Assembly (NCBI GenBank): GCA_963675495.1
Contig: OY776215.1
Coordinates: 2,304,001-2,368,000 of the forward strand
DNA from: an uncultured Methanolobus sp.
GTDB taxonomy: Archaea; Halobacteriota; Methanosarcinia; Methanosarcinales; Methanosarcinaceae
DNA: 64,000 nucleotides
Direction: 5' to 3'
Shown here piece after piece: positions 9,933-22,600 of the stretch. The notes below the pieces were generated by a model, which was not told the DNA's origin, searched no databases, and saw only the letters and a list, made by a program, of their open reading frames with translations. The position numbers were made by a program, and so were the translations under genes. How positions within the stretch are numbered: position 1 is the first letter of the stretch; every line of letters begins with the position of its first letter.

Positions 9933-11915
9933 ATGCGTCCTTTCAAACTAGTCTCAGAGTATAGTCCAAAGGGTGACCAGCCAAAAGCAATAGCTCAGCT
10001 GACCGAGGGTTTGCTGTCAGGCAAGAAGCACCAGACCTTACTTGGTGTGACCGGTTCAGGAAAAACGTTTACAGTTGCCAATGTCATTCAGAATGTACAA
10101 AAGCCTACTCTTGTGATGGCTCATAACAAAACTCTTGCAGCACAGCTATTCTCAGAGTTCCGTGAATTTTTCCCTGACAATGCAGTGGAATATTTTGTCA
10201 GTTATTATGATTATTACCAGCCAGAGGCTTACATACCTACAACGGACACATATATTGAGAAGGATTCCTCCGTTAACGAAGAAATTGACCGCCTCCGGCT
10301 GTCTGCTACTAAATCTTTGCTGGAGCGCAAGGACGTAATAGTCGTTTCAAGTGTATCCTCCATCTACAACCTTGGTTCGCCTGATGAATGGAGGGCTATG
10401 TCTGTGATGCTTACTCCGGGTGCTGAGATAGACAGGCCTGCTTTTCTTGAGTCTCTTATCAACATACAGTATGAGAGGAATGATATTGACTTCACTCAGG
10501 GTACTTTCCGTTTAAGGGGCGACACGATTGAGATTTTCCCGGCCCAGGAAAAGAATGGTATCCGGGTTGAATTGTTTGGTGATGAGATGGAGAGGGTTGC
10601 TTATTTTGACCCGGTTACAGGAAAGGTGCTGGAGGAAGTGCTTCCCGGTGAGAGTATTGGTATCTATCCTGCAAAGCATTTTGTGATGCCTGAAGAGTAC
10701 ATTGAAAATGCGCTTGTGACCATCGAGGCAGAACTTCAGGACAGGCTGGCTGTGTTGAATTCTGAGAACAAGCTCCTTGAAGCACAGAGACTTGAGCAGA
10801 AGACCAAGTTTGATCTGGAAATGATTCGGGAGCTTGGTTATTGCAGTGGTATCGAGAATTATTCCCGGCATTTTGACGGCCGCCGTCCCGGCGAGCCTCC
10901 ATCTTCCCTTCTGAATTTCTTCCCTGATGATTATCTTGTGGTAATAGACGAGTCGCATGTTTCGATACCTCAGATACGGGGAATGCATAACGGTGACAGG
11001 GCAAGGAAGGAGTCGCTGGTAAATTATGGTTTCCGCTTGCCTTCAGCTCTTGATAATCGTCCCCTGCGTTATGATGAGTTTGAGAGGCGGCTCAATGATG
11101 TCATCTATGTTTCCGCAACTCCTGCAGAGTATGAAGTTAATAAGAGCAAGGCTGTTGTGGAGCAGATCATTCGCCCCACGGGTCTTGTGGATCCTGAAGT
11201 TACCATCAGGCCGGTGGAGAATCAGGTGGACGACCTTATCGGTGAGATCCGTAAGGTGACTGCTGAGGGTTTCAGGACTCTTGTGACAACTCTTACTAAA
11301 AGGATGTCAGAGGACCTTACTGAATACCTGCTTGAGTTGGGTATCAAGGTGCGTTACATGCATTCTGACATTGATACTCTTGAACGCGCAGAGATCATCA
11401 GGGATCTGAGAAAAGGGGAGTTCGATGTGCTTGTGGGTATCAACCTCCTGCGAGAGGGACTTGACCTGCCTGAAGTTTCCTTTGTTGCCATACTGGATGC
11501 TGATAAGGAAGGTTTCCTGCGCTCGGAACGCTCTCTTATACAGACCATCGGCCGCGCTTCCAGAAATTCGGAAGGCCGTGTTATCCTATACGCAGACAAG
11601 ATAACAGGTTCCATGGAGCGCGCCATGAAGGAGACTGAAAGACGTCGCGAGCTCCAGACAAAATACAATGAAGAGCATAATATCACTCCAACCACCATCC
11701 AGAAGTCCCTGCAAAAAGAACTCGTGGAATCTGAAAAATACCACCCAACATCAGGTGTCATGGCAATTGCCGAAGATATGTCCAAAAGAGAGATCTCGGA
11801 TGTCATCATCGATCTTGAAGCTGATATGCACCTCGCCGCCAAGAACCTTGAATTCGAAAGAGCCGCAGAACTCCGCGACAGGATAAAGGAGTTACGTGAA
11901 AGTTACTCCTTATAA
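9933..11915 (+). CDS. uvrB: Excinuclease ABC subunit B
   Basis: [23 protein letters not shown]-terminal UVR domain [11 protein letters not shown]. Confidence 0.98.
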   Translation: MRPFKLVSEYSPKGDQPKAIAQLTEGLLSGKKHQTLLGVTGSGKTFTVANVIQNVQKPTLVMAHNKTLAAQLFSEFREFFPDNAVEYFVSYYDYYQPEAYIPTTDTYIEKDSSVNEEIDRLRLSATKSLLERKDVIVVSSVSSIYNLGSPDEWRAMSVMLTPGAEIDRPAFLESLINIQYERNDIDFTQGTFRLRGDTIEIFPAQEKNGIRVELFGDEMERVAYFDPVTGKVLEEVLPGESIGIYPAKHFVMPEEYIENALVTIEAELQDRLAVLNSENKLLEAQRLEQKTKFDLEMIRELGYCSGIENYSRHFDGRRPGEPPSSLLNFFPDDYLVVIDESHVSIPQIRGMHNGDRARKESLVNYGFRLPSALDNRPLRYDEFERRLNDVIYVSATPAEYEVNKSKAVVEQIIRPTGLVDPEVTIRPVENQVDDLIGEIRKVTAEGFRTLVTTLTKRMSEDLTEYLLELGIKVRYMHSDIDTLERAEIIRDLRKGEFDVLVGINLLREGLDLPEVSFVAILDADKEGFLRSERSLIQTIGRASRNSEGRVILYADKITGSMERAMKETERRRELQTKYNEEHNITPTTIQKSLQKELVESEKYHPTSGVMAIAEDMSKREISDVIIDLEADMHLAAKNLEFERAAELRDRIKELRESYSL

Positions 11916-11982
11916 CCTCACAATATTCATCATCAGGCGAAAACGTTATATCTTAAAAAAGACTGTATTGGTTGTTCACCAT

Positions 11983-12054
11983 GCGCTGGTGGTTTAGTGG
12001 CTATGACTGAGGCCTTCCAAGCCTTAAACCCGGGTTCGAATCCCGGTCGGCGCA
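11983..12054 (+). tRNA. tRNA-Gly(TCC)
   Basis: GCGCTGG...GAGGC-ctTCCaa-GCCTT...GGTTCGAATCC...TCGGCGCA. Confidence 0.95.
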
Positions 12055-12140
12055 TTCAACTTTTTTTAATTGTTTTTTAACACTCGTTAGATGTATCTTT
12101 TTTGTAATTTTATGTTGCTGCTGTGGTTTGATTAAGTATT

Positions 12141-12302
12141 TTTTTCATCACTCAAATGCAAAGAGCAGGGATGCAGGAAGTTTATATAAAATGGCTCAGG
12201 GGAGATTCATTAAAGAAAAAGACCTGGGCTAATAATTACCTGGAATTTGATCCGGAATTGGTGAGGAAAGAGTATTTGTCATGTGTTCCGGAATTGATAT
12301 AA
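12141..12302 (+). pseudogene. C-terminal remnant of an archaeal tyrosine integrase
   Basis: Reads FFITQMQRAGMQEVYIKWLRGDS...NNYLEFDPELVRKEYLSCVPELI*, resembling the GM...I..LRGD...Y...E.R..YL.C.P.L tail of Methanosarcinales integrases; no N-terminal part upstream. Confidence 0.7.
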
Positions 12303-12365
12303 ATTTCCTAAAATGAATAATCTTGCTTAAATAACATACTAAACAAAGAGGAGTGTCCTTGGTTA

Positions 12366-13115
12366 TCAAAAATCATCAAACGTAACTAATTTAGAACGTT
12401 TTGGTACGTTGTTAAAATTAGTTATATTTTGAGTTAATTTATGAGATATTTCATTATAGATACTAATCATATCTAAGTTACTTAGCTTATTTTGGGTTGA
12501 AATTCTGCCTTCTGAATTCAGAATTAGCTGAACTGTTTTTTCCTTATATTCATAATCAATATTCATAGAAGTAATTGATGGATATTCATCATCAGCTATT
12601 TCAGTAGTAACATCTTTTCCAAATCTTGCTATTTTGGTAATGGCACCATCTGATGTTTCCCAAAAACCCCATGCACTAATAAGTTTTTCCAGATGTAAAA
12701 TCGATGAAAAGTTAAAAGGTATGTCACTGCACGATAGCTTCTTTTCTTTATTTGCTAATTTAGTAAAGCTACTAGCAACTTTTTTTGGTGCAAATAAGTA
12801 AACATACTTATAATCAGAATCAATTAATAATTGAAAAGAATCAACTTTAGAATAGCCTCTGTCATAATATTCGAAAAAGTTTTCAATTTTGTCAAGGACA
12901 TAAATTGGTTCCTTTATCAATCGTGAAGCCGAACTAACGTTATAACGTATAAATCCAAATTTTTTACCTTTGTATTCTACACTTGTTTTGGGAATAGAAC
13001 CGTGATCTTCACTCCAGTCGCTTAAAGCTTTCTGATTATCGAATGCAAAATCAAGTAAATTTTTGAATTCAGAACAAATATTCTCAATTCCATGTACTGT
13101 TAAACTGTTCGACAC
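12366..13115 (-). CDS. Hypothetical protein (AT-rich island)
   Basis: 249-aa open frame in AT-rich DNA; no recognised motif. Confidence 0.65.
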   Translation of the reverse strand: MSNSLTVHGIENICSEFKNLLDFAFDNQKALSDWSEDHGSIPKTSVEYKGKKFGFIRYNVSSASRLIKEPIYVLDKIENFFEYYDRGYSKVDSFQLLIDSDYKYVYLFAPKKVASSFTKLANKEKKLSCSDIPFNFSSILHLEKLISAWGFWETSDGAITKIARFGKDVTTEIADDEYPSITSMNIDYEYKEKTVQLILNSEGRISTQNKLSNLDMISIYNEISHKLTQNITNFNNVPKRSKLVTFDDF

Positions 13116-13173
13116 AAAACTAATTATGAAAACATTACTTAAAAGCGTAATGTTTTTTTAACCATATTTGCAT

Positions 13174-13860
13174 CTAATTGAAAGATTTTACAACACTTAA
13201 TACGTCATTTTTTTGTACTGAAGTGATTTTCATATAATTGCGATTAAGAATTATTTTACTTGTAGAAGGAGTATGAATCATAGATAATTCATAAGAATTC
13301 ACATCAACATTTTTAGGGGCATGAAATTTGAAATAGGCATTTTCAAAAGAAAAATACAAGTAGAATGTATAACTGTTGACATTGATTCGCCAGCCATTTA
13401 AAGAAACATCTCTTTGAAAATTATCTAAATACTCAATTATACTATTTACATCACTATCTTTTGTTTTCATTGTAGATTTTCTCTGACTCATTTGTATGGT
13501 GAAAGAGTCTTCAGATGCTGAATCGATAATGACATGAAATGAATCATTTACAATAACATCTAATTGGTATTCAGTATCTTTATAAGTTCGGAATTTACAA
13601 CCTGTGTTTGACAGACTACTTAAAATAATATCTTTCAAATCATTAAATGGTATATCTGAATTATAAGATACAATAGGTTTCAAAGATAACTCAGATCTGT
13701 AATGTTTTAATCTTATGATTTTCTCTGATATATTCCATTTGTATTCTATGTAGAGGGAAAGAATAAAAGATGTTAAGGCAGCAGCTACAATAGCATAAAT
13801 ACTTTCTAATAACAGGCTGCCAGTACCATTAACTATATTCGTTGCGTTCACTCTTAGCAC
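13174..13860 (-). CDS. Hypothetical protein with N-terminal TM helix (AT-rich island)
   Basis: 228-aa ORF, hydrophobic SIYAIVAAALTSFILSLYI. Confidence 0.65.
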   Translation of the reverse strand: MLRVNATNIVNGTGSLLLESIYAIVAAALTSFILSLYIEYKWNISEKIIRLKHYRSELSLKPIVSYNSDIPFNDLKDIILSSLSNTGCKFRTYKDTEYQLDVIVNDSFHVIIDSASEDSFTIQMSQRKSTMKTKDSDVNSIIEYLDNFQRDVSLNGWRINVNSYTFYLYFSFENAYFKFHAPKNVDVNSYELSMIHTPSTSKIILNRNYMKITSVQKNDVLSVVKSFN

Positions 13861-14243
13861 TCTTTGTTTAATTAATAACTGTTCTTACGCTTTTTATTCT
13901 AAGGTGATTTATATTTTGGACAGATTGTAGGCAATATTCTATTTTTAACGCGTGGAATCCACTCATGACCACATCTTTCACATTTGAAACCATCAACCAC
14001 AATTTTTATTTTTACCATTAGTTTATACCATCAAGTAGAATATTTAAAATTAATTAACTTTAACGTTTTTCATGAGTAATGTTTAAAGCAATCTTTTTCT
14101 TCTCTAATATTCAATAAAAAATCAATTAACATCACGACTCCATACGTCGCATTATCCTTCGGTATAAAGAGCATAGGGGAGCCAGCCTGAAGGCCGGCTT
14201 CCTAGAGTTAAATACAGCCTTATTTTTCCATAGATAAAAATGA

Positions 14244-14987
14244 CTAATAAACAGGATCTTCTTTTAAATTCGATTGATAGACACCTTTGTTCAAATTGTA
14301 CTTTTCCACAATAGACTCTGTTAACTCAAAAAACCAATCAGGAGCAGTCGGTGACACGTATATTTTGTCAATAAGCATATCTAAATCAACAGGCACATAG
14401 GTTCCCATTTCTGGTATATCTCCTCCAAGAGTAGGAATCCCTTCTTCATCGTCTGAAACCTTTAACGTAATAGCCCTAAGCTCTTTTTCATATTCATAAC
14501 TTTTTCTTTTATGAAGAAAAGGTTGGAAAATATCAATTTCTGGAATTAAATCCGACTCATAATCTATATATTTAACAGCACCGACAGAAACATTATCAGG
14601 CGCTTTATCAAAACTGTTTTTAAATCTACTTAGGGTGGATTGAATTGCAATTCCCTCATTATTGGTTAAAAAAAGACTCCACATAGCAGCAGATTCAAAA
14701 TCGTTAATATGCCAACAATTCACATAAAACTGATTTCGAAATATGCGTAAAGTGTTACTTATTTCATCTGCGAAATCGGGAGATAACTCTTTCTTTTTTG
14801 TAAAATCAATTCTTTTTTTTATATTAGCTTTTGGTGTAGATCCTTCAAAGGGATCAGGCAGCTTATCTGTTCTGCAAAAAAAGAGACACCCAGTATCCAA
14901 TAAAGAGACAAATTTAGTAAAATCTAGATATCTCCAGATTTTAGATGAATCACTGGGCTGATCTAAAAAAAATTGTTCAAAATACAT
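14244..14987 (-). CDS. DUF2971-like protein
   Basis: IWRYLDFTKF, DPFEG, CWH...ESAAMW, HKRKSYEYEKELR, IYVSP. Confidence 0.75.
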   Translation of the reverse strand: MYFEQFFLDQPSDSSKIWRYLDFTKFVSLLDTGCLFFCRTDKLPDPFEGSTPKANIKKRIDFTKKKELSPDFADEISNTLRIFRNQFYVNCWHINDFESAAMWSLFLTNNEGIAIQSTLSRFKNSFDKAPDNVSVGAVKYIDYESDLIPEIDIFQPFLHKRKSYEYEKELRAITLKVSDDEEGIPTLGGDIPEMGTYVPVDLDMLIDKIYVSPTAPDWFFELTESIVEKYNLNKGVYQSNLKEDPVY

Positions 14988-15488
14988 GATTGAGCCTCAC
15001 AAGCCTAAATAAAACAGATTTATGATAAGCATTTCTAAAACCCACAACTATTTTATTCTTGCCCATAATTTTATTTAGAACTAGATTTGGATGCAACAGC
15101 TAATCACAGATGCTTTTTGACATGACTTCTCCTTTCTTTTATCTCATCTGAATAGATCAGGAATATAGAAGTAAGCCCACATCCCATGGTAAAACCTATC
15201 AAGAACATAAAGAGAATTACCTTCAGGTATTCCATAGTAAAAGCATGGGAAAGAAAGACCTGATCATTTGATAACAGGAAATCATTTCCATATTGTACGA
15301 GTGTAGTGTTTTGATACATTTTATTCCACAATTGTTATTTCTAAATCGTTGTCCTTGGTTTCCTAGGCGTTGAGCTTATCTAGGCCATGCTTGGAATGAA
15401 ATCCTCTTTTCCATTTGCACATAAACGCAACGTTAATATCAGTAGCAATATATTAATTAATTATATATTTTCAAATAGAGGATTTAAG

Positions 15489-18400
15489 ATGAAAAATTTA
15501 ATGCTATTGGATAAGTTGCTTCTTATATGTGGGCTTGTGCTGATCTTAGCTGCAATTCCCGCGAACGCAGCAGAGCTTGATGTGGATGTTGGGTTTAATT
15601 CCACCGGGGTTAATGTTGGGTCGCAAATATCCGTAGCGCCTCTTAATCCTGCATTCGTACAATATCAGGAAGAGATGGAACAGAGTCAAAACGATGTTTC
15701 CGCTGGTGTTGATACAAACACCGATAATAACACATATTCTCCTTCAAGTGTCATATTGCCGAATAGTTCCGAGGAGAACTCACATCTGAACCTTTTGAGC
15801 AACATTTCTTTTTTGCAGGAAGATGGTTTGGCTGATGAGTTCACACATCCCATGGGGTTGATGCCATCACCTGTGGACCTTTCTCATTTATCTCCTGTGA
15901 ATATGGAAGAACTGTTGGCAAGTGAAGGATCTGGTTTTAGTCCTTCCGGTGTCATGCCAACAGGTTTTATGGGATATCCGTCCCGTTATGATCTGCGTGA
16001 TGTTAATGGTGTTACAGCAGTAAAGGATCAGGGTTCTTCCGGGAGTTGCTGGGCTCACTCATCAATTGCTTCTCTAGAGTCCTATCTTCTCCACAACAGA
16101 TCTGAAACCTGGAATTTTTCCGAGAACAATGTTAAGAATGTTCTTGTATCAACTGATCCAGATGGGTATGATCGTCCCCACGATGGTGGGGGATTTGATT
16201 TGTTCCCAGCTGCGTATCTCACCAGATGGAGTGGTCCTGTGCTGGAATCCGATGATTCATATGATGCTACATCCGGTGTGTCTCCAGACAACCTTCCAGT
16301 GGCAAAACATGTTCAGGAAATCATGATCCTGCCAGGATTTGAAGGCAATGATACTCTTCACAAATGGATGCTTACCAATTATGGCGCTGTGTCCGTAGCT
16401 TTATGGTATGGTAATTCATATTTCGATTCAAATAATAGCAGCTATTATTACAATGGTACTGTTCGCTATGCGAATCATGCTGTAGCTCTGGTAGGCTGGG
16501 ATGACAATTACTCTGCTTCCAATTTTACACCTAAAGCACCGGGAAATGGAGCTTATATCATTAAGAATTCATGGAGTGACAGCTGGGGCGAGGATGGATA
16601 TTTCTATGTTTCTTATTATGACACTGTGATGGGAAACGATGAAGGTATAAATGGTCTGAATACTAAGCCATATGGTGGTAACTTCATGTTCACTGCAGAG
16701 AATGTCAGTGATTACGATAGCATATATCAGTATGACGGACTTGGATGGACCGCCTGTACGGGTTATAACAATACCACCTCCTACGGAGCTAATATCTTCA
16801 CTGCAAGTTTTAATGAGACTCTAAAAGCTGTGAGCTTCTACACAGTGGATTCGAATGCTCTCTACAACATTTCTGTTTATCTGGAACCTGAATCTGGTCC
16901 AATCAATAGTTCGGGTCCGGTTTCTATGCAGAATGGATCAATTGCAATAGCAGGATACCATACCATAGACCTTGATACAAATGTTTCATTTAATGCCGGA
17001 CAGAAGTTCTCGGTAGTTGTAAAATTCACAACACCGAATTATACTTATCCAATAGCTATTGAAATGCCTATAGATTATTACAGTAGTAATGCTCATGCAG
17101 AAGCAGGGCAGAGTTATATGAGTCTCAATGGTAGCCAGTGGGACGATATTTCTGAATCTGATAATAATGTGTGCATCAAGGCTTTCACAAAAGAGGAAAA
17201 AGAACCTGAAGCAGCATTTGTAGCAAGCACAAGGTACATTCATGTTAATGAAACAGTGAATTTCCATGATGCCAGTCTCTTTTCTCCAACTATGTGGGAA
17301 TGGGACTTTGGAGACAACAATAGCTCCACGTTGCAGAATCCATTGCACACTTATACAAACCTCGGAGTCTATAATGTTTCTCTCAATGCAACGAACTCTG
17401 TTGGCAGTAATGTTTCAGTAAGAAGTTCTTTAATTCATGTACTCAATTCGACCATTATTGTGAACAGCAGTGGAACTGCTGATTTTATGACAATTAAAGA
17501 TGCTCTGAGTGCTGCATCTGATGGTGATACGATATTGGTTGAGCCAGGAGTTTATAATGAAAGCCTGCAGGTCAAGAATGATAATATTAGTCTTGTTTCA
17601 TCTACTGGCAACCCTGCAGATGTCAGTATTATTTCTCTGGAATCCTATAATGCTGCTATTACCATAATGGCAGATAACATCTCTATTTCGGGAATTAATG
17701 TTTCAGGTAGTAATATAGGCATAGAAGTTTTTTACTCAAGTGGATGTAACATAATTAACTGCTATGCTGCGGATAATTTAGTTGGTATCTATCTCTATTA
17801 TTCACAAGGTACCAATATATCGAATTGTACCATGAGCGATAATGTATATGGATTATATGTGCTGGAATCCAGCAATAACTATCTTGCAGACAATTCCATT
17901 GAGAACAATACCTTTAATTGTCGTTTTGGCACAGAATCAAATGTCGTGGGCACAAGCAATACTGTGGATGGCAAGCCTGTCTACTATCTTGTAAACAGTT
18001 CTGACATGACCCTTAATTCCAGTTCAAATGCCGGACTTGTACATCTCATTAATTGTTCAAACATAACTTTACAGGATCTGGATGTTGAAAGTAATTACTA
18101 CGGACTTTATCTTTACAACAGCAGCAACATCACTATCACGAATTGCACATCCACTGAGAACAGATATGGTGCTTACCTTTCATCTTCCGACAACAATACT
18201 ATTTACGGTTGCAATATCAGTGATATTGCCAGTTATGGTATCTCACTCACAGGATCCAGTGACAACCTGATCTATAATAACTATTTCAACAATAGTCACA
18301 ATGTCCGTGTTTCCGGTGGAGCATCCAATGAATGGAACACCACAATGATAGCTGCTAACACTAGCAACAATATCATCAATGGAACTTACCTTGGCGGCAA

Positions 18401-19274
18401 CTTCTGGGCAAAGCCAGACAGTACGGGTTGGAGCCAGACACATTACTCAGTTGGAAATGGTTTCTGTCAGCAGTATGAGATAACAGATGACGGTAACAAC
18501 ACTGACTATCTTCCACTGACCAATAATGGACAGCAACCAGAACTTGTTGAGAGTACTGCTCGCAGTGATGATGATGGGATACATGTTCGCATTGGTGCAA
18601 GTTCTGTCTCAACTTCAAAAGTAGCTGCAGTGGATTCAAGTATTCGATTCGTAGGTCGGGGTGCTGAGGTACAGTATATTTTCACAGATGAGAAAACCCC
18701 TGTAACCGACATAAGATTTGAATCAGAAACCAACGAAGGGTATGTTATGGCGACTGTCAATTTGTTGGATGAGCCTTCAGAGGAAATGCCTGTGTCTCCT
18801 ATGGTAAAACAATACCAAAGTATGGACATAGTTGTGGGAGATGAGAGATTATCATCTTCAGGCTGCATGGAAGGTGCAGTAATAGGATTTACTGTCTCAA
18901 AAGAATGGATCTTATCTAACAATATAGACAAGACAAGTATTCGTATGGAACACTATTCTGGCAGTGCTTGGGACAAATTACCCACTACTGCAATTAGTGA
19001 GGACGATGAGAATCTCTATTTAGAAGCTATAACAACCAGCTTCTCACCTTTTGTTATATGTGCAGATACAATTGATACAAATGTAAATGTTGGAAGCCCG
19101 GATACAGAAATCCCTTCGAGGGATGATTATGAAGTATTCTCAGTAACAGACGAAAATGTTCAGGATACTGATAAGAATGGGCAAGGGAAAAAAGCATTGA
19201 TTTTACCTTCCTTTGGTCTTGTCGTATTCCTTGGTTTGGTTTATTGGAAGAAGGGGTCAAAAGGAAAACTTTGA
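15489..19274 (+). CDS. Secreted C1A (papain-like) cysteine protease with lectin-like, PKD, NosD beta-helix and PGF-pre-PGF domains
   Basis: Signal peptide from ATG 15489; DQGSSGSCWAH, NHAVALVGW, KNSW catalytic motifs; WDFGD (PKD); LGGNFW; TTSFSPF; C-terminal TM plus basic tail. Confidence 0.9.
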   Translation: MKNLMLLDKLLLICGLVLILAAIPANAAELDVDVGFNSTGVNVGSQISVAPLNPAFVQYQEEMEQSQNDVSAGVDTNTDNNTYSPSSVILPNSSEENSHLNLLSNISFLQEDGLADEFTHPMGLMPSPVDLSHLSPVNMEELLASEGSGFSPSGVMPTGFMGYPSRYDLRDVNGVTAVKDQGSSGSCWAHSSIASLESYLLHNRSETWNFSENNVKNVLVSTDPDGYDRPHDGGGFDLFPAAYLTRWSGPVLESDDSYDATSGVSPDNLPVAKHVQEIMILPGFEGNDTLHKWMLTNYGAVSVALWYGNSYFDSNNSSYYYNGTVRYANHAVALVGWDDNYSASNFTPKAPGNGAYIIKNSWSDSWGEDGYFYVSYYDTVMGNDEGINGLNTKPYGGNFMFTAENVSDYDSIYQYDGLGWTACTGYNNTTSYGANIFTASFNETLKAVSFYTVDSNALYNISVYLEPESGPINSSGPVSMQNGSIAIAGYHTIDLDTNVSFNAGQKFSVVVKFTTPNYTYPIAIEMPIDYYSSNAHAEAGQSYMSLNGSQWDDISESDNNVCIKAFTKEEKEPEAAFVASTRYIHVNETVNFHDASLFSPTMWEWDFGDNNSSTLQNPLHTYTNLGVYNVSLNATNSVGSNVSVRSSLIHVLNSTIIVNSSGTADFMTIKDALSAASDGDTILVEPGVYNESLQVKNDNISLVSSTGNPADVSIISLESYNAAITIMADNISISGINVSGSNIGIEVFYSSGCNIINCYAADNLVGIYLYYSQGTNISNCTMSDNVYGLYVLESSNNYLADNSIENNTFNCRFGTESNVVGTSNTVDGKPVYYLVNSSDMTLNSSSNAGLVHLINCSNITLQDLDVESNYYGLYLYNSSNITITNCTSTENRYGAYLSSSDNNTIYGCNISDIASYGISLTGSSDNLIYNNYFNNSHNVRVSGGASNEWNTTMIAANTSNNIINGTYLGGNFWAKPDSTGWSQTHYSVGNGFCQQYEITDDGNNTDYLPLTNNGQQPELVESTARSDDDGIHVRIGASSVSTSKVAAVDSSIRFVGRGAEVQYIFTDEKTPVTDIRFESETNEGYVMATVNLLDEPSEEMPVSPMVKQYQSMDIVVGDERLSSSGCMEGAVIGFTVSKEWILSNNIDKTSIRMEHYSGSAWDKLPTTAISEDDENLYLEAITTSFSPFVICADTIDTNVNVGSPDTEIPSRDDYEVFSVTDENVQDTDKNGQGKKALILPSFGLVVFLGLVYWKKGSKGKL

Positions 19275-19623
19275 TTTCCCTTTTTTTTAGAGGTTTTGTG
19301 CAGCTATTATTTGAAAGGTCGATTGGCTCGTAGAAAACCTCTGAAAATCAACATATTCTAAATGAAATTGACACATTTTTTCCAATATCAGGTCATATAT
19401 TTGGAATGATTGTATGCCAGGATTCTCGTTAAAAGATTGAGGTTTTGTCCTTTTTAAATTATGATGTTAGAATAACATAGAAGATTGGCTTTCTATAGGG
19501 TCAATTTCATATCAGTAGTAAAACAAGTTGCATCAATCATCACAAACGTCGCGATCTATTGGAAACACAACTATGAAGGTGCTGCCTAAATAAAAAAAGT
19601 ATTAAAAGGACAGATAACTGTCC

Positions 19624-22600
19624 TTAATCTGATTTCAGTTTTCTGATCACAAGGAAGGCAATAGATACAATTACAATTCCTGCAAGACCGGCAAATCCGG
19701 GAGTATCCTTTGTTTCTGTGTTTTCTGGTTCAGTATCTTTATCTGCAGGTATAGAATATCCTGTTTCTTTCTCTGCGACCACTTCACCTTTTTTATAGCC
19801 CACTACGTTGAAAATTGAGAATCCGGGTGTTTCAGCTGTGAAGTAGATGAACTCATCGTCTTCTTTTGCCTGGATTGTCGGGAGGTTCTGCCACTGCTGA
19901 TCATGGAATCTTGTCATGTGTATGGTGGATACATCAATATCATTCTCTTCTATCCATTCCCTGCTTACCTTGAAATTGATAAGAACATTGTCGGCATTAT
20001 CTGTTGAGATAGTACCTTCGGTTCCGATATCGATGCTCATTAACTGATAGGAAGTTCCTGAGGGAGATGGTATCTCTTCAGGTGAATCCGATAGTACCTG
20101 AACTTTGGCAACAACAAGACCTTCATCATTCTTCGCATCAAAACTTACACCAAGAACAGGAGTATCGCTGTCAGAGAAGTCATAGTTTACTTCTGTTCCC
20201 TTAGTAACACGCAATGTAGATGCTGCGGTCGTCTTAACTATAGCAGGATCCTGACCCTGGCTGACTGATGCACGACTTCCTGAGCTACCGGAACTTGAAC
20301 TGGAACTTGAAGACGATTCTGAGGTTTTGAAAAGTCCAAATGTACCGAATTCAGAAAGGGTTGCAGACAAATAATTTCCACTTGTGTTGAGTGAAGTATT
20401 TGGAACTTCTGCCCATGTAGAACCGTCCAACCTGTACAGAGCCACAGAAGATTCACCTGAACTGCTCATTCCGGAATCATCGTAGAAGAAAGTAACATTC
20501 AGATCACCTGACCGGTCAATACTTGCATAGCCATTTACATTTGTTTTTCCGGAAAGGGCATTAGCATTTGTTTCAGATCCACTTATACTGGTCGATGATG
20601 AATCTGCGAAGAAAGAGAGTTGTGCCAAATTATTGGTTAGTACAAATCGGTCTACTGTGCAACTAGCAGAGTAGCGCACATAAAGATCTTTTTCATTGTT
20701 ATTATTGGCAGTGTTGTTCGTCAGATTAGTGTAGTCTGAAGACTTAATGTAAACACCGTAATCATTGTTATTGTTGGCATTATTGCCTGTCAAATCATTA
20801 TAATCTGAAGCCCAAAGATGAATGCCATCATCATCGTTATTATTGACATCATTACCTGTCAGTTCATTGCTGTGTGAGAAAGAAAGGCCAATACCATTAT
20901 TATTGTTAGTATCGCAGGTATTGTTAATCAGATCATTATACTCTGAATATTGAAGGTCAATGCCATTATTATTGTTATTGTTTGCATCATTGCTTGTCAG
21001 ATTATTATAGTCTGAATGCTTAATGTAAATACCGTAATTACATTCCGATGTTGTAACATTTTCTATTGTTGAATTAGTGGTGTATGCAAACGTAATTCCA
21101 TTGTATTCATTTGTCACTTCAATATCTTTTACAGTAACATTGATGGAATTGACCACATACACAACTCCTGCCGAGGAAGGTACTTCTTCATCTGCACGTT
21201 TTGTCCAGTAGTAAACAGGTTTATTATCAACCGTATTGCTATCATCAATATCATTAATGTAATCATCCAGATTTGAACTTGATACATAGAGATTATAGAC
21301 ATTTGATGACATTGTATTACTTGTAAGATTATTGTTGTTTGAAGAATAAAGCCATATACCTCTATTATTGTCACTGGCATTATTGCCTGCCAGATTGTTG
21401 TTGTCTGAATATCTAATGTTAATACCTTGATTATTATCATTGGCATTATTGTTTACTAGATTGTTATCACTCGAAGAAGAAAGATAAATTCCGTCTTCAT
21501 TGTTATTACTGGCATTATTGCTTACTAGATCATTGCTGCTTGCCGAAGCAAGGTAAATACCGTAATCATTGTCGCTGCTAATATTATTGCTTGCCAGTTC
21601 GTTGTTGTCTGAGTTAGAAAGGTAAATGCCATGTTCATTGTTACTGGCATTATTGTTTGTCAGATTGTTGTTGTCTGAGGAGGAAAGGCGAATACCACGT
21701 CCATTGTCACTGGCATTATTGCTTGTTAGGTTATTATTACTTGATGACGAAAGATAAATTCCGTAATTATTGTCACTGGCATTATTGTTTGTCAACTCAT
21801 TGACATTTGAGTTATAAAGGTAAATACCGCTAGCACATTCTGATGTTGTGGTATTTTCTATTGTTGAATTAGTTGTATATACAAAATTAATCCCACTGTA
21901 ACCATTTGTAACTATAGTGTCTTTTACAGTGATATTGGTAGAGTTCACCACATACACAAGCCCTGCATCAAAGGGCACTTCTTCATCTGCACGGTTTGTC
22001 CAGTAGTAAATAGGCTTACCATTGACCTTATTGCTATCATCAATGTCATGAAGTAGATCATTTAGATCTGAATCAAATACATTAACATTAAAATTATAGG
22101 TATTTGCTGACATCACATTCCCTGTCATGTTGTTACTATTTGAGGAAAAAAAGCGAATCCCGAAATCATTGTTACTGGCATTATTGTTTGTCAGATTGTT
22201 GTTGTCTGAGGAAGAAAAGAGAATCCCACAGTTATTGTCACTTGCATAATTGCTTGTTAGGTTACTGCTGCTTGAAGAAGTAAGGTAAATTCCATAAGAA
22301 GGGTTATCCACTGCAGTATTGCCTGTCAGTTCATTGTTGTTTGAACTAGAAAGAGCAATACCGTGAACATCATTACAACTGGCATTATTACCTATCAGTT
22401 CATTGCTATCTGCGTAATAAAATTGAATGCCATAATAATCGCCACTGGCGTTATTACCTGTTAGTTTGTTGTCACTTGAGCGTGAAACAGAAATCCCATA
22501 ATTATGGTTGTCTATTGCATTGTTTCCTGTCAAATTGTTGTTGCTTGATGAATCAAGGACAATACCTGATTTATCATTACTGTTCACATTATTGCCTGTC

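Noticed and set aside
15104-15331. 75-aa hydrophobic ORF
   Set aside because: Could be a small membrane protein, but I see no motif or RBS to support it.
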